DNA of 11,363 nucleotides from a virus (Duplodnaviria; Heunggongvirae; Uroviricota; Caudoviricetes): IMG/VR virus record IMGVR_UViG_2740892322_000008; one strand, 5' to 3'. Shown piece by piece: positions 1 to 6,748 of this stretch (position 1 is its first letter; each line of letters starts with the position of its first letter). The notes under the pieces were generated by a model. It saw only the letters and a program-made list of their open reading frames with translations, ran no database searches and was not told where the DNA came from. The position numbers and the translations under genes were made by a program.

Positions 1-1143
1 CTATGCTGTTTTGATATCTACGATAATCCAGTCTTTACCACGATCATCATTGTATCGGTCGGTCATTTTTCTGGATTTATGGCCTAACAACTTTTGCGTA
101 TCCAGACCCTGTTCCCGATATAACCGTTCTGACAGAGATCGCTGCTCATGAAATGTGGGCGCAGTTCCTTGCTCCCATTTTATGCCACATTTTTCCCGGG
201 CCTTTTTAAAAGCCGTTGTCAGAGTATTTGCAGAAACCTGGTCTCCTCTGTTTGCTTGAGAGGTAGTGTGACGGTAATGGACCAGATATTTACTAACAAC
301 AGCATCCCTGCACTGAGATATAACTTCACGAAGGGTAATATTCAGAGCATCGCATTTCAGGTTAAGCGGAATAGCAAGTTTTGAACCGGTTTTTTCCTGA
401 GTAATGTGCAACATGTCGTCCCATATATCAGAGAATTTCAAATTGCAGATATCGCCTAAACGTTGTCCAGTAACAAGAGCAAGTAGCATGCCGCATTTTA
501 AATAGGGCTGCCGTCTGCTTACGCTGTCAAATATTGCCTGCCATTCGGGCAGTGACAATCTTTGGCGGTTTACTCGATTTCGCGGTTGTTTTGTTGCCTG
601 CGCTGGGTTAAATCCTGGCGGAACATGTCCTGCGTGTTGTGCTTCTTTGAAGACGTCGATCAACACCATTCTCACGACTTGCGCCATCCTGTTATGACCT
701 TCAGCCTTTACAGCATCAATTATTTCGGCAATATCAAGTGCGGTAATATCCTTGAGGTGTTGCATTCCACAATGCTCACGGAAAAGACGAATGGGTTTGC
801 CTTTTTGCCGATAGGAGTTGGGTCTTAGTTCATTATGTTGCAGCCTGTCCTCTTGGATAGAAATATATTTATCAAGCCATTCTGTCACCGTAATGTCTGA
901 GCGCCTGCCTTTCATTCTTTCCAGACGCTCATTGACGCTTAATATTTGTCTGGTACGTTGTTCAGCAATAATGGTATTTGCTTCAGTAGCAACTTGTTTT
1001 GCTTCATTCTCATCAGTTCCTAAGCTATGAAAACGACCGGATAGTGGATGTTTGTATTGCCAATATACCTTTCCGGTTCGCTTATCTAATTTGCAATATA
1101 AATTGGGTATAGAGATTTTGTGAGATCGGGGTCTAGCAGCCAT
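1..1143 (-). CDS. int: Phage integrase, lambda-family tyrosine recombinase (380 aa)
   Basis: Translation aligns along its length with lambda Int from memory (N-terminal arm-binding region PNLY...RTGK). Catalytic motifs present: TGQRLGD (Arg), FHEQRSL (His-x-x-Arg), LLGHKS (His), TDRYNDDRG (Tyr nucleophile). ATG at 1143..1141, stop TAG at 3..1; start lies 5 nt upstream of the xis stop. Confidence 0.93.
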   Translation of the reverse strand: MAARPRSHKISIPNLYCKLDKRTGKVYWQYKHPLSGRFHSLGTDENEAKQVATEANTIIAEQRTRQILSVNERLERMKGRRSDITVTEWLDKYISIQEDRLQHNELRPNSYRQKGKPIRLFREHCGMQHLKDITALDIAEIIDAVKAEGHNRMAQVVRMVLIDVFKEAQHAGHVPPGFNPAQATKQPRNRVNRQRLSLPEWQAIFDSVSRRQPYLKCGMLLALVTGQRLGDICNLKFSDIWDDMLHITQEKTGSKLAIPLNLKCDALNITLREVISQCRDAVVSKYLVHYRHTTSQANRGDQVSANTLTTAFKKAREKCGIKWEQGTAPTFHEQRSLSERLYREQGLDTQKLLGHKSRKMTDRYNDDRGKDWIIVDIKTA

Positions 1144-1369
1144 CAGCGATTATCCTTTGGAGTTTTGGGTTTGCGTTTATTGGGAGTTGCGGTTCTGCAA
1201 GCGTTCCTACAAAACGGGAATTTCGGTCAATCATCCAGTAGCGACCAACTTTTATAGCGGGTGGGGCCATCATTTTCCCTTGCGCGTATTTTTTCAGAAC
1301 TCGCTCACTTGGTGCTAAGTCCCCAAATTCTTCTTTAGCCCAGTCCTGTAAAGTGATTAGTCGAGACAT
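1133..1369 (-). CDS. xis: Excisionase (Xis-like, 78 aa)
   Basis: Small basic protein immediately upstream of and overlapping int. The LTLQDW...PP.IKVGRYW pattern resembles lambda Xis (LTLQEW...PPPVKDGREY). Strong SD GAGGAGG 6 nt upstream of the ATG at 1369. Confidence 0.8.
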   Translation of the reverse strand: MSRLITLQDWAKEEFGDLAPSERVLKKYAQGKMMAPPAIKVGRYWMIDRNSRFVGTLAEPQLPINANPKLQRIIADGC

Positions 1370-1508
1370 TTGTCCTCCTCTTAGCTGCTGAGGGAGTTTG
1401 TGACCGATATATCTGACATGATATTAAGCTCATGGCAGGTACATCTCTTGACTGGTCATAGAGATAAATTTAATGCTGAGAAATGCAGTATTGAATTTAT
1501 CAATTTTT

Positions 1509-1748
1509 CTATTTCCTGCGCATGTCACGTAACTTCTTAATGTGTTCTGCCGTTTCGATCTCTTCTGCTATCCGATCTGCATCAGCTTTATTCACAGGTT
1601 CAAAGTCATGATTAAAGCGGAACATGCTGGCGATACATGTTCTGCCTTTTCGGATGTAGTGAACTTTGTTGTGGGTAGAACGCAGGATTTTGCAGGGAGT
1701 GCCGTGGTGGTCGACGTACCAGGTGTTAGGGTCAATCACTCTGAACAT
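1509..1748 (-). CDS. Hypothetical small phage protein (79 aa)
   Basis: ORF co-oriented with the early-left operon; its start overlaps the 3' end of the upstream ASCH-like gene by 17 nt. No recognisable catalytic motif; possibly a DUF4222-type prophage protein, unverified. Confidence 0.55.
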   Translation of the reverse strand: MFRVIDPNTWYVDHHGTPCKILRSTHNKVHYIRKGRTCIASMFRFNHDFEPVNKADADRIAEEIETAEHIKKLRDMRRK

Positions 1749-2058
1749 TCTTGACCTTGTGTTGTGCGGATTGATATTCAGTGCTGATATTCACCTTTAT
1801 AGCGAACACCTTTACCGGTTTATCGCCAAAGTGCGGATGTGTGATTGTCTTCACTTCATATCCGTCATACGGAACATCAATTCTGCGACTGGAATCGTCG
1901 CGCTTCGGATATCCCTTTGTGATAATCAGGCGGTCATATTCCCGGAACATAATTCGCTTATTCCAGTAGTCATTACACAAGCGATACTCTTCCGTTTTCT
2001 CTCCGCGAATCATGGCATCGAAGTATTCACTTTTAACAGCAAGTTGCAGGTTAGCCAT
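1732..2058 (-). CDS. ASCH-domain (PUA-like) protein, about 108 aa
   Basis: N-terminal LAVKSEYFDAMIRGEKTEEYRL matches the ASCH GxKxxExR signature. ATG at 2058..2056 overlaps the stop of the upstream TraR-like gene as TGATG. The ORF track's extra N-terminal residue comes from a GTG one codon upstream. Confidence 0.65.
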   Translation of the reverse strand: MANLQLAVKSEYFDAMIRGEKTEEYRLCNDYWNKRIMFREYDRLIITKGYPKRDDSSRRIDVPYDGYEVKTITHPHFGDKPVKVFAIKVNISTEYQSAQHKVKNVQSD

Positions 2059-2279
2059 CACTTAATCCCCCTTTGTTTGCGGATAAGCTCCAGATCTTGC
2101 TGGCAACTGGCGCAAGTCCGACAACCCTGAACGGCCAGGCGTCTTCGTTCATCTATCGGATCGCCACACTCACAACAATGAGTGGCAGATACAGCCAGGT
2201 AGTTCAGGCGGCGCATTTTTATTGCTGTGTTGCGCTGTAATTCTTCTATTTCTGATGCTGAATCAATGATGTCTGCCAT
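2058..2279 (-). CDS. TraR/DksA-family C4 zinc-finger protein (73 aa)
   Basis: Two CxxC pairs (CCECG ... CRTCASC) separated by about 17 residues, in a 73-aa protein, as in phage/conjugative TraR-like proteins; a common early-region gene in enterobacterial prophages. Confidence 0.75.
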   Translation of the reverse strand: MADIIDSASEIEELQRNTAIKMRRLNYLAVSATHCCECGDPIDERRRLAVQGCRTCASCQQDLELIRKQRGIK

Positions 2280-2331
2280 CTTTCATTAATCCCTGAACTG
2301 TTGGTTAATACGCTTGAGGGTGAATGCGAAC

Positions 2332-2356
2332 AATAAAAAAGGAGCCTGTAGCTCCC
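2332..2356 (-). terminator. Intrinsic terminator on the minus strand between the ea8.5-like gene and the TraR-like gene
   Basis: Minus-strand RNA reads GGAGC-uacag-GCUCC followed by UUUUUUAUUG: 5-bp GC-rich stem (plus 2341-2345 / 2351-2355), 5-nt loop, run of six U. Sits 22 nt downstream of the 93-aa ORF stop. Confidence 0.6.
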
Positions 2357-2377
2357 TGATAATTTTGCTTTTCATGT

Positions 2378-2659
2378 TCATCGTTCCTTAAAGACGCCGT
2401 TTAACATGCCGATTGCCAGGCTTAAATGAGTCGGTGTGAATCCCTTCAGCGTTACCGTTTCGCGGTGCTTCTTCAGTACGCTACGGCAAATGTCATTGAC
2501 GTTTTTATCCGGAAACTGCTGTCTGACTTTTTTGATTTCAGAATTAGCCTGACGGGCAATGCTGCGAAGGGCATTTTCTTGCTGAGGTGTCACTGAACAA
2601 GCCCCATGTCGGCAAGCATAAGCACACAGAATATGAAGCCCGCTGCCAGAAAAATGCAT
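2378..2659 (-). CDS. Small Cys/His-rich protein (93 aa), possible lambda Ea8.5 homolog
   Basis: 93 codons, the length I recall for lambda ea8.5, in the xis-to-exo interval. N-terminus carries a H-x2-C-x3-C-x-H-x2-C cluster compatible with zinc binding. Sequence homology to Ea8.5 not verified. An alternative GTG start at 2593 would give 71 aa. Confidence 0.55.
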   Translation of the reverse strand: MHFSGSGLHILCAYACRHGACSVTPQQENALRSIARQANSEIKKVRQQFPDKNVNDICRSVLKKHRETVTLKGFTPTHLSLAIGMLNGVFKER

Positions 2660-2669
2660 TCAGTGGTTG

Positions 2670-2861
2670 TCATACCTGGTCTCTCTCATCTGCTTCTGCT
2701 TTCGCCACCATCATTTCCAGCTTTTGTGAAAGGGATGTGGCTAACGTATGAAATTCTTCGTCTGTTTCTGCTGGTATTGGCACAAACCTGACTCCAATTT
2801 GAGCAAGGCTATGTGCCAAATCAATACTCGTTCTTAACTCAACAGGAGATGCTTTGTGCAT
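2670..2861 (-). CDS. Lambda orf63-like small protein (63 aa)
   Basis: 63-codon ORF whose start overlaps the 3' end of the orf60a-like ORF by 28 nt, the same arrangement I recall for lambda orf63/orf60a downstream of exo. Confidence 0.6.
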   Translation of the reverse strand: MHKASPVELRTSIDLAHSLAQIGVRFVPIPAETDEEFHTLATSLSQKLEMMVAKAEADERDQV

Positions 2862-3016
2862 ACCGCCCCCCGTTTATTATTTATCTCCTCAGCCAGCCGC
2901 TGGGCTTTCAGCGGATTTCGGATAACAGAAAGACCGTGAAATACCCAGCCTCGCTTTGTAACGGAGTAGACGAAAGTGATCGCGCCTACCCGGATATTAT
3001 CGTGAGGATGGGTCAT
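2834..3016 (-). CDS. Lambda orf60a-like small protein (60 aa)
   Basis: ATG at 3016..3014 overlaps the exo stop (TGA 3015..3013) as ATGA, indicating translational coupling, and gives 60 aa. An in-frame ATG two codons upstream (3022) has a GGAG about 5 nt ahead and is an alternative start. Confidence 0.6.
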   Translation of the reverse strand: MTHPHDNIRVGAITFVYSVTKRGWVFHGLSVIRNPLKAQRLAEEINNKRGAVCTKHLLLS

Positions 3017-3693
3017 CGCCATTGCTCTCCAAATACAAAACCAATTTCAGCCAGTGCTTCGTCCATTTTTTCGATGAACTCCGGCACCATCTCGTCAAAA
3101 CTCGCCATGTACTTTTCATCCCGCTCAACCACGACATAATGCAGGCCTTCACGCTTCATTCGTGGGTCATAGTTGGCAAAGTACCAGGCATCTTTTCGTG
3201 TCACCCACATGCTGTACTGCACCTGGGCCATGTAAGCCGACTTTATGGCCTCGAAACCACCGAGCCGGAACTTCATGAAATCCCGGGAGGTAAACGGGCA
3301 TTTCAGCTCAAGGCCATTGCCGTCACTGCATAAACCATCGGGAGAGCAGGCGGTGCGCATACTTTCGTCGCGATAGATGATCGGGGATTCAGTAACATTC
3401 ACGCCGGAAGTGAATTCAAACAGGGTTCTGGCGTCGTTCTCGTACTGTTTTCCCCACGCCAGCGCCTTAGCATTAACTTCCGGAGCCACACCGGTGCAAA
3501 CCTCAGCCAGCAGGGTGTGGAAGTAGGACATTTTCATGTCAGGCCACTTCTTTCCTGAGCGGGGCTTTGCTATCACGTTGTGAACTTCTGAAGCGGTGAT
3601 GACGCCGAGCCGTAATTTGTGCCATGCATCATCCCCCTGTTCGACAGCTCTCACGTCGATCCCGGTACGCTGCAGGATAATGTCCGGTGTCAT
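3013..3693 (-). CDS. exo: Lambda exonuclease (Red-alpha, 226 aa)
   Basis: Translation [40 protein letters not shown]... is essentially identical to lambda Exo as I recall it. Start overlaps the bet stop (ATGA). Confidence 0.97.
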   Translation of the reverse strand: MTPDIILQRTGIDVRAVEQGDDAWHKLRLGVITASEVHNVIAKPRSGKKWPDMKMSYFHTLLAEVCTGVAPEVNAKALAWGKQYENDARTLFEFTSGVNVTESPIIYRDESMRTACSPDGLCSDGNGLELKCPFTSRDFMKFRLGGFEAIKSAYMAQVQYSMWVTRKDAWYFANYDPRMKREGLHYVVVERDEKYMASFDEMVPEFIEKMDEALAEIGFVFGEQWR

Positions 3694-4475
3694 GCTGCCA
3701 CCTTCTGCTCAGTGGCTTTCTGTTTCAGGAATCCAAGAGCTTTCACTGCTTCGGCCTGTGTCAGTTCTGACGATGCGCGAATGTCGCGGCGAAATATCTG
3801 GGAACAGAGCGGCAATAAGTCGTCATCCCATGTTTTGTCCAGGGCAATCAGCAGAGTGTTAATCTCCTGCATGGTTTCATCGTTAACCGGAGTGATGTCG
3901 CGTTCCGGCTGACGTTCCGCAGTGTATGCAGTATTTTCGACAATGCGCTCGGCTTCATCCTTGTCATAGATACCAGCAAATCCGAAGGCCAGACGGGCAC
4001 ACTGAATCATGGCTTTATGCCGTAACATCCGTTTGGGATGCGACTGCCACGGCCCCGTGATTTCTCTGCCTTCGCGAGTTTTGAATGGTTCGCGGCGGCA
4101 TTCATCCATCCATTCGGTAACGCAGATCGGATGATTGCGGTCTTTGCGGTAAATCCGGCACGTACATGATTCATTGTCCTGCTCAAAGTCCATGCCATCA
4201 AACTGCTGGTTTTCATTGATGATGCGGGACCAGCCATCAACGCCCACCACCGGAACGATGCCGTTCTGCTTATCAGGGAAGGCGTAAATTTCTTTCGTCC
4301 ACGGATTAAGGCCGTACTGGTTGGCGACGATCAGCAATGCGATGAACTGCGCATCGCTGGCATCACCTTTAAATGCCGTCTGACGAAGAGTGGTGATCAG
4401 TTCCTGTGGGTCGACAGAATCCATGCCGACACGTTCAGCCAGCTTCCCAGCCAGCGTTGCGAGTGCTGTACTCAT
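3690..4475 (-). CDS. bet: Lambda Bet single-strand annealing protein (Red-beta, 261 aa)
   Basis: Translation [59 protein letters not shown]... matches lambda Bet essentially residue for residue from memory. Confidence 0.97.
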   Translation of the reverse strand: MSTALATLAGKLAERVGMDSVDPQELITTLRQTAFKGDASDAQFIALLIVANQYGLNPWTKEIYAFPDKQNGIVPVVGVDGWSRIINENQQFDGMDFEQDNESCTCRIYRKDRNHPICVTEWMDECRREPFKTREGREITGPWQSHPKRMLRHKAMIQCARLAFGFAGIYDKDEAERIVENTAYTAERQPERDITPVNDETMQEINTLLIALDKTWDDDLLPLCSQIFRRDIRASSELTQAEAVKALGFLKQKATEQKVAA

Positions 4476-4480
4476 CCGTT

Positions 4481-4777
4481 TTATACCTCTGAATCAATAT
4501 CAACATGGTGGTGAGCAATGGTTTCAACCATGTACCGGATGTGTTCTGCCATGCGCTCCTGAAACTCAACATCGTCATCAAACGCACGGGTAATGGCTTT
4601 TTTGCTGGCCCCGCAGCGTTGCAAATGATCGATGCAGAGTGATTCAAACAGGTGCTGTGGAAGACCTTTTTCCATGTCGTCTGCCAGTTCTGCCTCTTTC
4701 TCTTCACGGGCGATCTGCTGGTAGTGACGCGCCCAGCTTTGAGCCTCAAGACGATCCTGAATGTAATAAGCGTTCAT
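4481..4777 (-). CDS. gam: Lambda Gam, short form (RecBCD inhibitor, 98 aa)
   Basis: Translation [54 protein letters not shown]... matches lambda GamS. SD AGGAG 7 nt upstream. An in-frame TAA upstream excludes a long GamL form here. Confidence 0.95.
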   Translation of the reverse strand: MNAYYIQDRLEAQSWARHYQQIAREEKEAELADDMEKGLPQHLFESLCIDHLQRCGASKKAITRAFDDDVEFQERMAEHIRYMVETIAHHHVDIDSEV

Positions 4778-4852
4778 GGCTGAACTCCTGAAAATGGCTG
4801 TGAAAATATCGCCTGCGAAATGCCGGGCTGATTAGGTAAACAGGAAAGGGGA

Positions 4853-5059
4853 TTAGTGATTCAGGCCGTTGCCGCGTCCGTCGAGAAAAACTTCCACGAG
4901 CAAATCACGGGTATAAGTGCGCTCGATGCCGCGATGCAGATAAAGCCGTCCGCGTAAATTAGCTGATGCAGTCCAGGTACCATCTTTGTGTTTGACCAGC
5001 ATTCCTGGCATGACCGCACCGCGATTAACGGTCTGCGTTCCGTAATGTTGATGAACCAT
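4853..5059 (-). CDS. Hypothetical small protein (68 aa from internal ATG; 96 aa if the upstream ATG at 5143 is used)
   Basis: First ORF downstream of the putative pL. The ATG at 5059..5057 is preceded by a strong SD (CAGGAG, 5-nt spacer); the upstream ATG at 5143 has only a weak GAGG. No recognisable domain. Occupies the position of kil/cIII in lambda. Confidence 0.5.
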   Translation of the reverse strand: MVHQHYGTQTVNRGAVMPGMLVKHKDGTWTASANLRGRLYLHRGIERTYTRDLLVEVFLDGRGNGLNH

Positions 5060-5280
5060 AAAAACTCCTGCCCGTAAGCTGGGCTGCTGAACATATAGAG
5101 ACTTCTGCGCGTATTCAGGCGGTGGATGGCCGCCGGTTGTCATAACTAAGCCGCCTCGTTGAAGCGACTAAGGTATGAAATGTTGAGTTAATTTCAGCTG
5201 GTCACACCGACGTTCACGCGTCCGTTTCACCCCTCGCACTCCCCGAAGCCTGCTGAAATTCAAACTGCGGATCTAAGCGG

Positions 5281-5332
5281 TCATCGCAACGGTGAATCAG
5301 GTAGTTGCCGTATCGTTGTGTTGTTGCGATGA
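5281..5332. repeat. Perfect 10-bp inverted repeat (TCATCGCAAC / GTTGCGATGA) with a 32-bp spacer, at or just downstream of the pL start site
   Basis: Plus 5281-5290 tcatcgcaac is the exact reverse complement of 5323-5332 gttgcgatga. Could form an RNA hairpin at the 5' end of the pL transcript or be a DNA binding site. Confidence 0.5.
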
Positions 5333-5336
5333 ACTT

Positions 5337-5365
5337 ATTTAAAACTATAGTTGTTTTATCGTCAA
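5337..5365 (-). promoter_or_regulatory. Putative pL promoter (leftward)
   Basis: On the minus strand: -35 TTGACG (plus 5360-5365), 17-nt spacer, -10 TTAAAT (plus 5337-5342). Same architecture and near-identical spacer sequence as the putative pR (gttgTTGAC-N-aaaacaac-[c/t]atagtt-TTAA). Overlapped by operator-like palindromes. Confidence 0.45.
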
Positions 5366-5379
5366 CAACAAAAGTTGTT
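5350..5379. promoter_or_regulatory. OL operator-like palindromes (GTTGTT / AACAAC half-sites)
   Basis: Plus 5350-5369 GTTGTTttatcgtcAACAAC and overlapping 5364-5379 AACAACaaaaGTTGTT; further GTTGTT repeats to about 5408. The same half-site occurs in the cI-cro intergenic region. Confidence 0.5.
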
Positions 5380-5505
5380 TTATTGGTTGTTTTAGATATA
5401 ACTGGTTGTATTTAGGATGGATTTATTTTGTGACTTGAATCGCATAGCGATAACTGAAGCGAGGTTATGGTGGTTTTTTTAACGGTGTGTGTGATGAGGG
5501 GAGGG

Positions 5506-5533
5506 CAAAAGAAAACCCGGCACGGTGACCGGG
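5506..5533 (-). terminator. Intrinsic terminator downstream of cI (minus strand)
   Basis: Minus-strand RNA CCCGG-ucaccgug-CCGGG followed by UUUUCUUUUG (stem plus 5516-5520 / 5529-5533; U-tract from plus 5506-5515). Short 5-bp all-GC stem, so moderate confidence. About 120 nt downstream of the cI stop. Confidence 0.5.
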
Positions 5534-5654
5534 ATTCTTACGCCGTTAGGTAAAGATATTATTGCGGTGGCTTAATATTACTACCTAGAGCAAAGATAGG
5601 AATTAGTTCTTTACTGAATGAGCACAATGCCCAGTTGATAATTTTTAATTGGTA

Positions 5655-6344
5655 CTACCCATGCTTCCTATATGTCTGCGGCATGCTCCCAATAACCTTA
5701 CCGAAGATGAACACCCGGTTCATCTCGTCTTTCTCGATCGGGTCCCACGGTGAGTAGCTTTTGTTATCAGAGATGACCAGCAGCTTATCCTTCATCATTT
5801 GCAGGCGCTTTACATGGGCTGTGTCGTCGTACAGAAACGCATAGATACCATCACCGTCGAAAGATTTAACTGTGATATCAACGAACAGCAGATCACCTGG
5901 TTCGATCGTTCCTGACATGCTGTCACCACGCACGTTAATGATGCGGATATTTTCCGCCTTCCTACCATCGAACATGTGACGAGCATCGTCAAACGAGTAC
6001 TCAACCGAGCGTAGAACTTCTACAAACTCACGGTTGATGACTCCCGGCCCAGCACTGACTTCTATATCAAGAACGTCAATCTTGAAGTATTTGGAATGGC
6101 TGACAGTTGATTGTATTGGTTGCACTGTACTGTCTGACATATTTCCAACGCCAGAAGATAACCATTCTGCGCGCACACCCAAAGCGTTCGCGATCTCCAC
6201 GATTTTAGTTGTTTGATTAGCTTTCCCTGTTTCGATTTTCTGAATAGCAGCCTGGCTAACCCCGACCAAATCCCCAAGCGCCTTTTGTGTAAGGCCTCGC
6301 GCTAATCTGGCTTCTTTAAGTCTTTCTGAGAGTGTTGTTTTCAT
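5655..6344 (-). CDS. cI: CI-type prophage repressor (HTH_XRE N-terminus plus LexA-like S24 peptidase C-terminus, 229 aa)
   Basis: N-terminal HTH (LTQKALGDLVGVSQAAIQKIETGK), C-terminal autocleavage domain with the Ser motif (RGDSMSGTIEPGD) and the Lys dyad partner (HVKRL). True start is the ATG at 6344..6342 (MKTTLSERL...); the longer ORF-track version (to 6410) runs through the operator/promoter region. Confidence 0.9.
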   Translation of the reverse strand: MKTTLSERLKEARLARGLTQKALGDLVGVSQAAIQKIETGKANQTTKIVEIANALGVRAEWLSSGVGNMSDSTVQPIQSTVSHSKYFKIDVLDIEVSAGPGVINREFVEVLRSVEYSFDDARHMFDGRKAENIRIINVRGDSMSGTIEPGDLLFVDITVKSFDGDGIYAFLYDDTAHVKRLQMMKDKLLVISDNKSYSPWDPIEKDEMNRVFIFGKVIGSMPQTYRKHG

Positions 6345-6350
6345 AGTCCA

Positions 6351-6379
6351 AATGTACAACCAAGGTTTTATTCCATCAA
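6351..6379 (-). promoter_or_regulatory. Putative pRM (leftward) giving near-leaderless cI mRNA
   Basis: Minus strand: -35 TTGATG (plus 6374-6379), 17-nt spacer, -10 TACATT (plus 6351-6356), then 6 nt to the cI ATG, predicting a start site at or next to the start codon as for lambda pRM. No SD precedes the cI ATG. Confidence 0.45.
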
Positions 6380-6387
6380 ACGAAAAA

Positions 6388-6408
6388 GGTTGTTGACTAA
6401 AAACAACC
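6388..6408. promoter_or_regulatory. OR operator-like 21-bp palindrome GGTTGTT-gactaaa-AACAACC
   Basis: Perfect 7-bp inverted half-sites around a 7-bp spacer, overlapping the -35 of the putative pR; additional ACAACC/GGTT half-site-like motifs at 6355-6372 and 6441-6447. Confidence 0.5.
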
Positions 6409-6421
6409 ATAGTTTTAATCT
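6393..6421 (+). promoter_or_regulatory. Putative pR promoter (rightward, for cro)
   Basis: -35 TTGACT (6393-6398), 17-nt spacer, -10 TAATCT (6416-6421, weak). About 27 nt upstream of the cro ATG, which has SD GGAGG at 6439-6443. Confidence 0.45.
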
Positions 6422-6448
6422 TGATTCAAATTAACCACGGAGGTTGTT

Positions 6449-6679
6449 ATGAACCCAGCTATCAAAACAGCGATCAATATCGTTGGTTCACAAAAGAAAC
6501 TGGGCGCTGCTTGCGAAGTTTCACAGCAGGCCGTCTATAAGTGGCTTCACAACAAAGCAAAGGTATCCCCTGAACATGTCGGCAGCATTGTTACGGCTAC
6601 TGGTGGAGTAGTGAAGGCATACCAGATTCGCCCGGATCTTCCGAAGTTGTTTCCACACACCGAAAAGAACGCAGCTTAA
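6449..6679 (+). CDS. cro: Cro-like HTH regulator (YdaS/P22-Cro-type, 76 aa)
   Basis: Small HTH protein divergent from the CI repressor across an operator region; motif VGSQKKLGAACEVSQQAVYKWL is typical of YdaS/Cro-family HTH proteins. Strong SD. Confidence 0.8.
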   Translation: MNPAIKTAINIVGSQKKLGAACEVSQQAVYKWLHNKAKVSPEHVGSIVTATGGVVKAYQIRPDLPKLFPHTEKNAA

Positions 6680-6748
6680 ATTTCCATTTCACGCTCTTTA
6701 ACAATAAGCAATCAACTTAACAGTCAATTCAAACTAAAGGAGTCAATT

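Noticed and set aside
148-1030. Plus-strand ORFs (148..384, 562..828, 818..1030) inside the integrase region
   Set aside because: Entirely antisense to a well-supported integrase CDS with conserved catalytic motifs; no SD or domain features; typical spurious antisense ORFs.
1448-1476. Plus-strand promoter-like match TTGACT-N17-TAATGC in the xis to 79-aa-gene spacer
   Set aside because: It would fire antisense into xis/int with no downstream plus-strand gene; a single match in moderately AT-rich DNA is likely chance. An antisense regulatory RNA cannot be excluded but is unsupported.
1542-2130. Plus-strand ORFs (1542..1754, 1666..2130, 1781..1969) overlapping the 79-aa, ASCH-like and TraR-like genes
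   Set aside because: Antisense to a compact, overlapping-stop/start minus-strand gene array; low-complexity translations without recognisable motifs.
3022-4749. Antisense or alternate-frame ORFs within exo, bet and gam (3022..3333 +, 3596..3862 +, 3619..3912 +, 4007..4240 -, 4390..4593 +, 4435..4749 -)
   Set aside because: They overlap CDSs that match lambda Exo, Bet and Gam essentially exactly; no independent support.
5329-5415. Plus-strand 28-codon hydrophobic mini-ORF (MNLFKTIVVLSSTTKVVLLVVLDITGCI) across the OL/pL region
   Set aside because: Its hydrophobic Val/Leu-rich translation is a by-product of the GTTGTT operator repeats, and it lies on the non-transcribed side of pL with no SD.
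6345-6410. N-terminal extension of the repressor ORF (251-aa version starting at 6410)
   Set aside because: The extension (MVVFSQQPFSFDGIKPWLYIWT) would be translated from the operator/promoter region and precedes the HTH; the ATG at 6344 gives a canonical CI-type repressor with pRM correctly placed.
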